This document shows, one piece after another, positions 52,916-64,000 of a DNA stretch of 64,000 nucleotides (positions are counted from its first letter, which is position 1; each line of letters begins with the position of its first letter). The notes below the pieces were generated by a model. The model worked only from the letters and a program-made list of their open reading frames with translations. It was not told the DNA's origin and did no database searches. A program made the translations under genes and the position numbers. Source of the DNA: Squalus acanthias (Eukaryota); assembly GCA_030390025.1 (NCBI GenBank), contig CM059433.1:27158001-27222000 (forward strand). The letters run 5' to 3'.

Positions 52916-54193
52916 GCCAGCATGTCAGTCAGTATCTGTAGAGAGAGCAGATGAGTTAATGTTTCAGAACTGGAAGAAACACAGATGAACAGCATTATGT
53001 GTGTGTTGTGTGTTTGGCCCGAAGCTCCTGTGTTTTACGACGTTAAAGCTGCTATATAAATCCAAGCTGTTGTTGTGTGTGTTTTCCTTCCTCCTTTCTT
53101 TAGTTTTCTTTCCCATCAAATGCTGTTCATCTCTAATTTCTTCATGATGAAGGGGCCAAAGCTGAAGCATTAACTTCTCTGTCACCTTCGCAGATGTTGA
53201 CTGTTTCCAGCATTTTCTATTTTTGTTTCAGAGGTCCAGCATCTGCAGTTTTTTTGTTGTTAGAGAAAAAATAAAATGGACAGGAAGAGCTGAAGATATG
53301 GGGCAGACCAGAATGGCCAAAGAAAAACTTAAATGTCGGTGACAGGGGCAGGCCATGTGATGGCTCACAGACCTCCGAAGCACTGAGAAGTAAGTAGGAA
53401 GAGCAGAGCTCAGAGGCAGGCAGCAGGTCTGTAGGTGTAAACTTAGTAAACTTTTTAAGTTAAGTTAATAAAACAAACCTGCAGCTTCACCTAGAGAAGC
53501 AGACATGGGGGAGACAGTTTGGAGGGCAGAAGTGCTACCTAGTGTGGGGAGGACTGAAAAGTAAATATTATAGCTCTAATTTTGGTTTGGAATGCATATT
53601 GGAGGGGCAACCTTCTACCTCCCATGCTGAAGCTTCTGGCGGAGCACCTCATAGGAATGATAGAGTAAGAAAGAAATCATTTAAGTACCACCTCATTCAG
53701 CTTCCTGAAGGGTGTGCAGTAACTTAAATCAAAAAACTGTGATTCTGCACCCAACAACAACAGAGAAATGCAAGCCAGCTGCCCACCAAATGATTCTAGT
53801 GATGTAAATGATAACAGGTGAGTGCCCCTTTAAGTAGTGCTCCACCTGGCCGTTTCCCACCCTGTACCACCCATGAATAGTGGGTAATGGCAGTGCTGAC
53901 TCACTCTAAAATGCGACAGGATGCTAAGTACTTCATAGAACCCCAAATTAAATGTATGCACTAGGCTCCCGCCTGTTTCCAGCGGGAGTGCTGGTCATTT
54001 AAATCGAGGTCTGCTCGGAAATCGCATCGGGTGGGCCTCGGGCACTAAGTCAGCATTTTTTATTTCTATTTTCATCACTCTACCACCTTGTTGATGCTGA
54101 AAAATGGGACAGAAGAGAGATGAAAATCAGGCCATGTTAAATCTAGAGAGCTATTTTATACATTACAAGCAATGCCCAGATGTCACAAATATT

Positions 54194-54350
54194 ATGATGC
54201 GGAGATACCGGCGTTGGACTGGGGTGGACAAAAATGAGAAGTCGCACAACACCAGGTTATAGTCCAACAGATTTATTTAAAATTACTTGTAATTTTAAAT
54301 AAATCTGTTGGACTATAACCTGGTGTTGTGCGACTTCTCATTTTTGTCCA
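54194..54350. mobile_element. Penelope-derived fold-back mini-element lacking the hammerhead core
   Basis: Perfect hairpin ~54225-54351; TSD cacaaatattatgat 54184-54198 / 54349-54363. Confidence 0.85.
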
Positions 54351-55239
54351 CAAATATTATGATTAATGATGGAAGTATAGGATTTCTGAAATATCATGAT
54401 ATAAGGTTAGTGTGTACAGGAAGTGCACATCACACACAAGAACTTTATTTATTATATAGATTTGTCGGCTTGTTCCAACTTTCTTAGTACTTGTATTGAT
54501 TTATTTGAATGTCAAATGTTAGAGATTTGCCATTTCCCATGAGGGAAAATGAAACATAAAAATGAAAAGGGCTTTTCAACACTTTACTACTTATTAATTT
54601 AAAGTACTCCTGAGCTAAGCTCTGTTGAGCTGAAAAAAGTGCCAGGAAGTTCAGCACAATAGAGTGTTTAATTGCGCAAAGGTAGTTTGCGGGATGATAG
54701 TTCATCCCCGGTAAATCCGATGACAGCCTTCTCCCACCAGCAATAACACTGAGCCTTGTAATGATTGTTGCAAAATTGAGGTTCAGCAGATACTCTGTCA
54801 AGGAATTTAACTGCTCCATCAGCTGAATTAATTATGGCTCAGTCAGTGAGTGAACTACTTCCTAGCCATTTTAATTCCCCCACCTGCCATCAGCAAAAGT
54901 CTGCTACATTGTTCTGTGAAAGTTCATCAGCAAAGGCTTAATATGCAACAATGGATTTTTCAAAAAAATCTGGGGGCAGAAAAAAGGGAGTAGAGCAACA
55001 CAGAGGTGAGAAATAGAATTTTCAGCTCAGCTTATCTCCTGATTTTTCAACTGGGTGCCAAAATTGCCATTCATTTTCCAAAGCAGTAACAAATTAGTTT
55101 TGCTATTGGTTCACTGTAACATGGCAATTTCCAGTTAGTACTGCCGTAGAAAATTATTTCATTGCCATTCAGGTTAGGAAACTATTCCAGTGTCCATTTT
55201 TTTCTTCTCCATTTTCTTCCTCCATATGTCAACTCTGAG

Positions 55240-56330
55240 ATGTACCGCACCTGAAAGGGATTCCACTCATCCCTTCAGTTGCAGTACAACTCAGAGTTGA
55301 CATGCCGCGCCCACAAAGCTACATGCATGCAGTAAATGGCATCCTGCACCATGGGGAAGCCTGCAATCCTCACAAAGCCGCATGCTCTCTCTGCCTGCTG
55401 CTCTCTGGCAAGGGAGAATTAAATGTAGTCAGCTCTCTTGAAATAGAGAGCCTCAGTGACCTCCTTTACGCAACAGTGGATGGCAAACTGCGAGATGTTG
55501 CAAATATCTCCATCTCCAGCTTCGAAAGGGCCTGCGCTTAAAAGTTCATGACCACGATCACCTTCACAGCCACTAGCCCTGCTCTGAGGTTACAGTTGTG
55601 GCTGCAGCAGGAGGCAGATTTTAGTGAGGACATCCTTAGTGAAGCGCAGAGGTCTGGAACACTGTTTCTTGCTGAGGTTCAGGTAGGAGAATTGCTCCCT
55701 GAACACCCTGAGCGCATATGTTGAGAGCCCTTCTCCCCCTCCTCCTCCTCCCTCTTCTAGCAGCTTGCCCTGCTCTGTCACCTCTGCTCATTCTCCTAGT
55801 CATGCAGTATTCCAAAGGGAATACCTACTACTACACCCATGTCTGGGAGTAAGTGGTTTGTGCAGAAACCTTGAAATCAGGAGAAATTCCTTCAGCACCT
55901 GCCACACCACTCGCTGTAGACTTTAGCAACTTTAAACAATTCAAGAAAGCACCAAAGACTTGTACAATCCCAGCAATAGCCAGTAGAAATCAATCAGCAA
56001 CTAACCTGAAAGTAATTGATGATCCCTTTAAATAGCGCTGGTGGGGGGGTCCTTCCTGCTGCTGAATGCGTGTTCAGCTGCGCAAGCTTAAGAGAGGGTG
56101 TTAGCTGGAGCTTTAAAATGGCAGCGCTGGCAACAACACTCTGATTGATGTCATGATCTGCCTACTCTATATACTTCCTTTGGATGCCCATTGCGCGCTG
56201 CCAATGCCCTCATTATTATGGCATCCGGCATGACTTGCACCAGATGTGTGCGCGCGTGCATGCCACGGACGGCATTTTGGAACCAAAATGGCACTCATAG
56301 TGCCCTACCGATTCCAATTTTGCATCCCAC
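55240..56330 (-). mobile_element. Degraded Harbinger transposase 5' half plus terminal region
   Basis: RVFREQFSYLNLSKKQCSRPLRFTKDVLTKICLLLQPQL, paralogous to 63576-62365. Confidence 0.75.
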
Positions 56331-56894
56331 ATCTTTTAACTTAGTTAACCTAGTTTTGAGTCCTGCTCAGACTGATGCACTACAATGAGCACCCCTGTGT
56401 TAGGGAAGGAAAAATCAGCCAAGATTCCTACTCCTCATCACTATCCAATGACCAATACTGCAAATGTTTGTGTGTGGGGACAGGATCGTGCTCAGCTTTG
56501 GTGCCTTCCTCCATCCACTGGACAAATAGCCTGCCAACAATCACTGTAAAGTTCTGTGGCTAACCAGTGTCCATGGAACTGTTCCCCAGTAGGGAATCAA
56601 TCTCTTTACGAATGGAAGAAGAGGAGGAAGAAAATGGAGAAGAAAAAAATGGACACAGGAATAGTTTCCTAACTTGAATGGCAATGAAATAATTTTCTAC
56701 GGCAGTACTAACTGGACATGTTACAGTGAACCAATAGCAAAACTCATTTGTTATTGCTTTAGAAAATGAATGGCAACTTTGGCACCCAGAAATTAAAATT
56801 AAGTCAGTGTCCATACTGCCTGGCTGATAATCACTGAGCATATTCATGGCAAGTGTCAGCTAAACATTTCTATTCTCAAAAAATAGCAAGCCTA

Positions 56895-57587
56895 TGGGTA
56901 ACACGGTGGCATAGTGGTTAGCACTGGTGCCTCACAGCGCCAGGGACCCGGGTTCGAATCTGACCTCGGGTGACTGTCTGTGTGGAGTTTGCACATTCTC
57001 CCCGTGTCTGCGTGGGTTTCCTCCGGGTGCTCCGGTTTCCTCCCACAGTCCAAAAATGTGCGGGTTAGGTTGTTTTGGCTATGATAAATTGACCCTTAGT
57101 GTTAGGGGGGGATTAAATATGTGGGGATAGGATGGGATATGTTAGGGGGAATTAAATATGTGGGGTTAGGGGGTAGGGTGGGATATGTGTACTGTGGGGA
57201 TTAAAGCAGGGACAGGGTACTGGATTTGGATGATCAGCCATGATCGTATTGAATGGTGGAGCGGGCTCGACGGGCCGAATGGCCTACTCCTGCTCCTAGA
57301 TTCTATGTTTCTATAGTGGTTAGCACTGTTGCCTCACAGCGCCAGGGACCCGGGTTCGAATCCGGCCTCGGGTGACTGTCTGTGTGGAGTTTGCACATTC
57401 TCCCCGTGTCTGCGTGGGTGTGCTCCGGTTTCCTCCCACAGTCCAAAGATGTGCGGGTTAGGTTGATTTGGCTATGATAAATTGACCCTTAGTATTAGGG
57501 GGATTAAATACGGGGATAGGGTGGGATATGTGTCGGTGCAGGCTCGATGGGCCGAAATGGCCTCTATCTGCATTGTGCGGATTCTGT
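56895..57587 (+). mobile_element. Two tandem tRNA-derived V-SINEs (HE1-type) with CR1 tails
   Basis: A/B boxes tggcatagtggtt / ggttcgaatc; V-domain ctgtgtggagtttgcacattctccccgtgtctgcgtggg. Confidence 0.85.
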
Positions 57588-58285
57588 GAAAATGTTTTAT
57601 ATGTGCATGTAAAATCTTAAATAAAAAGAAAAAACATAATGTAAAGAGAAAAGACAAGTTTTGGTACAACCATTCATCAAAACTGCCAGTATTGTAATGG
57701 ATGGAAATTTGTGGGAGAAGTGCACCTGAATTCTTAATATTCCCATAGACTATAGCAAGGATAGTCAACCAGCTCTTCTGTTGCTAAAGTGCAGCTCTGG
57801 AATGCTGTTTTACCCATGAACTCAGTTCTGTTGTGTCAACAATCACTGTCTAGGTATGTAGAATAACAAAGAGAGGAAAAAGAGGAGAAAGAAGGAATGA
57901 GAGAGACATAGAGAGACTAGGAATGTGGGAGAGGGACGGGGATTGAGAAGTAACAAGGGAATGAGCAAGAGAGACAGAGGGATTGAAAAGTAAAGAGGGA
58001 ATGAGTAAGAAGGAGAGGGGCAAAGTGAGAGACTGGAAAAGAGAGAATGACAAAAGTAATGAAAGGGAAGGATTGAAAGAAATTTGGGAGTATTAGACAA
58101 GGAATAGGAAATTATACCGTAGAGAGGAGGAAGGGAATGAAAGCGCACACACCAGATTTCAAGTAAATATTTGGAAATAAAGAATGTCAAAATTTCTTGC
58201 ATGGTAGACTATCAGTGAGCATAATATTATACTATGTTCAAGACTTGCAGTTTTTTGTCAGTGTGCAATTTCTTTTAAAGTTCTT

Positions 58286-58977
58286 GGGGGGAAATATTGG
58301 CTCGCGTCCCCTTTGGGGTGATAACTTCACTGGGGCCCTACTTTTAGCGCCCCGAAAAAGTTAGTGCCCTCGCACCCGAAATTCAATAGCGCCCCAAGCA
58401 GAAGACAGGGCGCTACTGGAAGCGCGCCCACTCCCTCTTGGGGCGCTCCCATTGAATATCGCAGCCCTACGTGCAGCAGCGCCACACGCTGATTAAAGGG
58501 GAGGGACCTAGCACAGCGCGCACTGGGGCCCTGCTGGACCACCAGGGAGCGGGGTGCCGGCAAAAATGCCCAGCACTCAAGAGGAGTGCTGGGCTGCCCG
58601 ATCGCGGCCGGCACCCCGCCTGAGGAGGCGAGAGAGGGCAGGTGCTGTCAGACAGGCCAAAAAAAATGGCCGCCCGGCACCTGCCCTTTAATTATCGCTG
58701 CCCCGGCCGCAAAAACGCCACCCTGACATAGCGTCCGGCGGTAGGTCAGGGAGCGCGAGCCAAGTTTGCGGCCGGGGCGCTGCGCACGGCGATGATGTCA
58801 TCGACGGAGGAGCAGCGCCGCAGGGAGCTACGGGCTACCGCTGCCACTAATCTCCCACTGAATTTTGCGTGAGGCGTTAGCAGCGTCGCGCCCAGGCGCT
58901 TGTTGCTTTGCACCCCGTTAGCGCCCCCTTGGGGCCTCAGCGCTAACGGGAGGCGCAAAGCAACTGAATTTTTCCCA
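58286..58977 (+). mobile_element. Harbinger-type MITE (same subfamily as 48745-49432)
   Basis: TIR ggggggaaatatt / aatttttccca; TSD CTT. Confidence 0.85.
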
Positions 58978-60307
58978 CTTGAGCTTTTATATGTTGGCCT
59001 CCCTGGTCTATTGAATTGCTGGTAATCTTGAATATCATAAAGGGAGATACCAATACACTTCAACAACTCCTTACATTTCAGTGACATTCATTATGTACAA
59101 AAATATCTCAGAACACTTTACAGGCCAGCAGATAGTGAGTGGATGCCAACTAGAGAGGGATAAAAAAAAAGATGAAGCTCAGGAGGGAGCACAATCCGTC
59201 AAACAGCAGAGTCTTAAGGATATTTGTGAAGGCAAGGAGGGAAATCGCAAAACATAGATGCTGAGGGAGATCCAGTGGACAGGCAAGGTGGCAGAAGGAG
59301 AGGCTGCTGATGGTGGATCGGAGGGAGCAAAGAACAGGGAGTAGGTAGTGTTGGAAAACTGGAAGGTGTGCACAGGGAAAAAGTGCTCAAGGGGAATCAC
59401 ACTCACCATTACCTCTCAGTTTTGTATTAAAACCCTGCCTCGAGGCGGTTTGAAAGCAGACATTTTGGGCAGCACTCTTCCAGCTGTTACATCATTAATG
59501 AGTAGCTCCCACAATCTGCTCTCTCATTCATGGGCTCCGATTTTAACTCCCGAGCGGGCAAGCAAGACACCCTTTAGAAATGCAGATGATGACATCAGGA
59601 CATGATCTGCAATTTTAGTTGGTGACCTGAGCGGGGCAGCAGTGATGGCTTTCTTGTCAGGTGCTGGGAGATGGATCGTGGACAAGGAGAGGCCCAGGCA
59701 GATAAGGTTTAAAATTTTATTTTAGGTTTCTTTGTAGGGCAGGAGGGGCAGGAGTGTTCCTCTGAGCCTCACAAGGAAGCCTTGAGCTTCCCTTGCCCTG
59801 GGCTCGTCGCGATCACGTCCAGAGCGCCTTCCACACCACTTAATTGGGTTCTCGGCTGTGGCCTCTTGCCACCGATTTCCCGTTCACGCCCGCCAGCTAA
59901 GGTTAGTGGATCTGGCCAGGTCACAGTGGGTCACCGTGAACATTTAGGGGGAGAAATTCAGTATCGCCCCGTTTGGGGCGCAATTATCAGCCGGGCGCAA
60001 AGTTTAGCGCCTGGCGCTAATTATCGCCTCTGACTGCAAACTTGGCTTTTATCGCCCCTGGAGGTGATTGGAGCGCTAAATCAGGCGCTGCACACCTGTC
60101 TTAAGGCGCAAAGTCCGAGGAGCGAGGCGCTAACTCAGAGCGCGGGCGCAGCGCAGGTGATGTCAGTTAGCGATGGAACACAGACACACTGGCGCCTGAC
60201 AGTTCTTAAAGGGTAGGGTCGATCTTGCTCTCCAGCCACACCCTACTCATTGGAGCCTTGAATCTCGGCCTGGAGAGACCTGGGACTACATTTTCCAGGC
60301 AAGGACT

Positions 60308-62057
60308 ATGGAGAGGGTGAGAGAACGAGCTCAGCACTTCAGCGAGCGGGCCTTGGAGGCTCTGGTTGGCGCGGTGGAGCGCAGAAGATCTATACTCTTC
60401 CCTGAGAGTGGCAGGAGGCCTTTGCCACGCGAGTACAGAAGAGTGTGGAGGGAGGTGGCTCAGCACATCTCCTCCAGGAGCATGGTGCCCAGAACCCATA
60501 TACAATGTCGCAAAAAGTTCAACGACCTCACTCGGGTCGTCAGGGTGAGTGGCTTTTTTTCAATACCTCTCCATCCCTCCATCTCAACCTCACTCTATGG
60601 CCAGAGGGTCTTAAAACCCCAATGCCCAACACTCATCCAACACCTATGGCCCTCTCATGAAACACAGACGCACATTCCACACTTTGCATACAGTAAGGGC
60701 TATTCAATTATGGGAGGCACATCAGGCAAGACCATGGCTGCTTACATTAAGGGCTATTCAATTATGGGAGGCACATCAGGCAAGACCATGGCTGTATATC
60801 TACTCAGACGCCGTCCTTTTTCTTGCAGGCCAAGCTATCTCATAATAGGAGACAGCAGCAACGGACGGGTGGAGGGCGGCCTCAGCTGCAACCCCTCAGC
60901 GATCTTGAGGCACATGTCCATAGGATTGTGGCAAGCCAGGTGATCGGTCCCGTCGCCCCTGGAGAGGCCGACAGCAATGGTAAGGTCATCACCTTTTTCT
61001 CCTCTCTCATTCCACTTGTCCCTCACAACACCAGCCTTTGACACTTTCAATCCAACTTACTAAATCGCTGCACTCCTTCCTCCCTTACTGCCCCCCTGTC
61101 CTCACGCTAAAGCCACTCTTGTACCTCCCTGCTTTCAGATGGTGATTCACCAGCTGAGGAGACGGGCCCTCCAGCTGCCAGTGGGAGTGAAGCTGCAGGC
61201 GAGGAGGAAGCCCATGCCCACACTGGGAACACGTCTTCCCTGGAGGGGAGCAGGGGGGAAGGGTCTGCTGAGGGTGAAGCTCCAGGACCCAGCGGGTTGC
61301 AGCAACGCGAGGTGGCTAGGGAAGCTCGGGGGCCTTCTCCCCGGAGGGAGAGTAGGCCAGTGAGTCCTGCTGCACTGGACGCACAGGAGGAGCGGCTCAT
61401 CGCTGAAATGAACACCCAGGCGGTGCACATGCACACTCAGCTCATGGGTGCAGTGGGAAGGGTGCCCGAATGCACTGAAGCACTGGCAAGGAGTGTGGAG
61501 CACTTCGCTGTAGCACAGGTGGATGCCACGCTGAAGCTCAGTGCTACAATTCAGTCAGTGGCTGCCGCAATCCCATCTCAGACTGCTCTCATGCAGACTC
61601 AGATTGAGGTCACGCAAGCACTGATTGCTGCCATTCTCGCTAGTTCGGACACATTTCCCCAGGGCTCTCACCGCAGCAGCTCCAGCAGATTGCTCCGGAT
61701 GCTGAAGTGCTGCCCCGTGGGAGTGCCAGTGTGTCGGTTGAGCAGGGAGTTGCTGTCCTCTCTCAAGATGACAGCATTCCTGCTGCCACCACTGTCACTT
61801 TCCCATTGCACTTGCCACCGCCTATAGCCCAGACTGCTGCCGCCTATGCAGAGTTGGTGCAGTCTACAGTCGGGCCCTCCAGGCCCAGAGCTGGTCGAGG
61901 CCGTCCTTCAAGGGCATCTGCAGTCTCAGGTTCTGACAATCAGCAGCCTTCCACCAGTCTTGCTGCAGCCACTGGGTCCCCATTACGGAGGAGCAGTAGG
62001 GTGGGAAGGGGGGAAGTGCGCAAGGGAAGGAGATCACCCTCGAAGGGCAAAAAGTAG
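60308..62057 (+). CDS. Harbinger Myb/SANT-like DNA-binding protein, 3 exons (60308-60544, 60829-60979, 61139-62057; likely frameshift near 61670)
   Basis: FSERALEALV...W.EVA...RT..QCRKKFNDL | AKLSHNRRQQQRTGGG; gt/ag junctions keep the frame. Confidence 0.82.
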
Positions 62058-62364
62058 GAGGTGTGACGAAATGTTGGTCAATTTTTTATTAAAGGCCGAG
62101 GTTCGCGTTCAAACTTTTGTTTAGTGTTTTGGACATTATCTCCAGGTTGTGAGAACCAGTTATGTTAATGAATGATTTTTTGTGTTTCTATTAGTTTGTC
62201 ATGAAGAAATGACACACACAGAGTTTGTAAAATAAATAAGTTTTTGTATTCAAAATGTACAAATTTGGTCTTTGGACTTATTGCTGCCTTGGGCGGCTTA
62301 GGGGTTGCGGGTTGGTTTCATTCATGTTGTTCTCCATGGCAGAAGCCATTTCCTCAGCAGGGGC

Positions 62365-63525
62365 CTAAAAGCGGCTTGCTATCAGCCGTTGACGGACGGC
62401 CCTTGCAGTTTCAACATTGTGGGCCGCCCTCCCGCCTTGGTGCTGCTGATGATCATCCTCCTCCTCTTCCTCCTCCTCTTCCTCCTCCTCCTCCGGTGGT
62501 GCTCCAAGGCCTGGTGGCATTGGCTGAGTCCTGAGGATTGCCAGGTTATGCAGCATGCAGCACACAACTATGAAGAGGGAGACTCGCTCAGGCGAGTACT
62601 GCAGGGCTCCTCCTGAGTGGTCCAGACAGCGGAACCGTTGCTTGAGCACGCCGATCGTCTGCTCAACGATGTTCCTGGTGGCGAGATGGCTCTCGCTGTA
62701 CTGCAGCTCAGCAGGGGTGTTGGGGTTACGGAGCGGTGTCATCAGCCAGGTGCACAGTGGATAACCCTTGTACCCTAGGAGCCAACCACTTGGCTGATGC
62801 GGTGCCTGGAAAAGTTCTGGCACAGCAGTCTGGCGCAGGATGAATGCATCGTGGCTGCTGCCATGATAGCGGGCATTGACAGCAAGTATCAGCTGTCTGT
62901 GGTCACAGACCAACTGGACGTTTAAGGAGTGGAACCCCTTGCGGTTGCGGAAATCCTCTGCATTCTCATGCGGTGCACGCAATGCCACATGCGTGCAGTC
63001 AATGGCGCCCTGCACCATGGGGAAGCCCACTATCCTCGCAAAGCCCAATGCGCGTTCATGTTGTTTGGCCCGGGTCATCGGGAAAGAGATGTACTGGCGT
63101 CTCCTTTTATAGAGGGCATTTGTGACCTGACGGATGCAGCAATGGACCGCGAACTGGGAGATATTGGCAATGTCCCCAGTAGCTGCTTGAAAGGAGCCGG
63201 TGGCATAAAAGTTCAGAGCCACTGTGACCTTCACTGCCACCAACAGAGATATCCTGGTCCTCAGTAGAGGCTGCAGATCTGGCTGCAGCAGGTGGCAGAG
63301 CTCAGTGACTACCTCCTTGCTGAAGCGCAGCCTGCGCAAACACTGCTCCTCAGACAAATTAATGTCGGAGAATTGTTGGCGAAATACCCTGGGAGGGTAA
63401 GGTCTCCTGTACAGAGGCCTGTTGGCCCTCCTCCGTCTGGCCATGATTGCCACTCTCTCTCTGCGTCTATGTTGCATCCGAATCTGCAGGCGCAGGACGA
63501 CGCCCCGAATCAGTGCAGCCCCCAT
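62365..63525 (-). CDS. Harbinger DDE transposase (HARBI1-like), uninterrupted ORF with catalytic-site substitution
   Basis: GAIDCTH, NRKGFHSLNVQ, GSSHD, LLGYKGY, RNIVEQTIGVLKQRFRCL; acidic tail. Confidence 0.93.
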   Translation of the reverse strand: MGAALIRGVVLRLQIRMQHRRRERVAIMARRRRANRPLYRRPYPPRVFRQQFSDINLSEEQCLRRLRFSKEVVTELCHLLQPDLQPLLRTRISLLVAVKVTVALNFYATGSFQAATGDIANISQFAVHCCIRQVTNALYKRRRQYISFPMTRAKQHERALGFARIVGFPMVQGAIDCTHVALRAPHENAEDFRNRKGFHSLNVQLVCDHRQLILAVNARYHGSSHDAFILRQTAVPELFQAPHQPSGWLLGYKGYPLCTWLMTPLRNPNTPAELQYSESHLATRNIVEQTIGVLKQRFRCLDHSGGALQYSPERVSLFIVVCCMLHNLAILRTQPMPPGLGAPPEEEEEEEEEEEEDDHQQHQGGRAAHNVETARAVRQRLIASRF

Positions 63526-64000
63526 AATCTCTTGGTAATCAAAGTAATGAAGGCCAAAATCCAAAAGTACCTGCAAAGTGATGCTCAGTAGCCAAAACTA
63601 CTTCACACAGCGTTGACTCTATGCAGAAGACTCTCCTTCTCTCTCTCAGAATCTCTCTCTCTCTGTCAGAATGAGTGGTGCAAAAATGTCTACCACAGAA
63701 AAAGCCAGGAAGAGGCCGCCTTTAAATAGCGCCCCCCCAGCCCCACACCGACTGGGAAACGTTCCAGTCTACCTGTCGTTGCTTGCGCCAGGCGGAAAGG
63801 AGGGGGGCGCCACTCAATATCCGGTCAGGGGCGCCACAAGGGCGGTGCACGCTCGACTGACGTCAAGATCTGCGGGCGCAGGAGATCGGGGCGGTATTGT
63901 TTAGCGCCGCCGCAAAATGTCTGGTCAATTTCGCGAGCGGCACAGACATCGCTGCGCCTGGGCGCTAGTTGCTTTGCGGCCCATTAAGGCGCTAACAGGA

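Larger units (their letters stand above)
59947..64000. mobile_element. PIF/Harbinger transposon with two convergent genes; right TIR lies just beyond the window
   Basis: TIR gggggagaaattcagt after TTA; ends shared with MITEs 16094 and 35914. Confidence 0.93.

Noticed and set aside
52920..53260. Additional hammerhead pair
   Set aside because: Penelope-like ends are visible, but the catalytic core is deleted or mutated
56895..56970. tRNA gene
   Set aside because: A/B boxes run into a V-domain and CR1 tail; it is a SINE head
57843..58202. Hydrophobic 119-aa ORF
   Set aside because: Translation of purine-rich low-complexity DNA
62365..63576. Domesticated host HARBI1 gene
   Set aside because: Lies inside TIR-bounded ends with a Myb partner and MITE derivatives; it is a transposon copy

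Overview
Eukaryotic (vertebrate) genomic DNA, inferred to be cartilaginous fish (shark-like) from its repeat content: V-SINE/HE1-type, Deu-domain SINEs, CR1, L2, RTE and Penelope. The only host gene I can support is a minus-strand collagen, seen as seven 54-bp phase-0 Gly-X-Y exons (34529 to 9793) whose joined peptide best resembles, from memory, COL21A1. The rest is intron packed with transposons. Highlights: (1) A young endogenous retrovirus (35393-43592). It has near-identical LTRs, a tRNA-Ser-like PBS, no RT, an integrase core and an intact 525-aa gamma-type env with a spliced-env acceptor. It also carries a degraded second glycoprotein-like ORF and has an aberrant junction (PBS repeated after the 3' LTR, 165-bp flanking duplication). 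(2) A Penelope retroelement and four short fold-back derivatives, most carrying minimal hammerhead ribozyme motifs. (3) A two-gene PIF/Harbinger transposon (spliced Myb/SANT gene plus a DDE transposase with a catalytic D>Y change) and its MITEs. (4) A four-level nested insertion stack. No database searches were run; family names are from recognised motifs.
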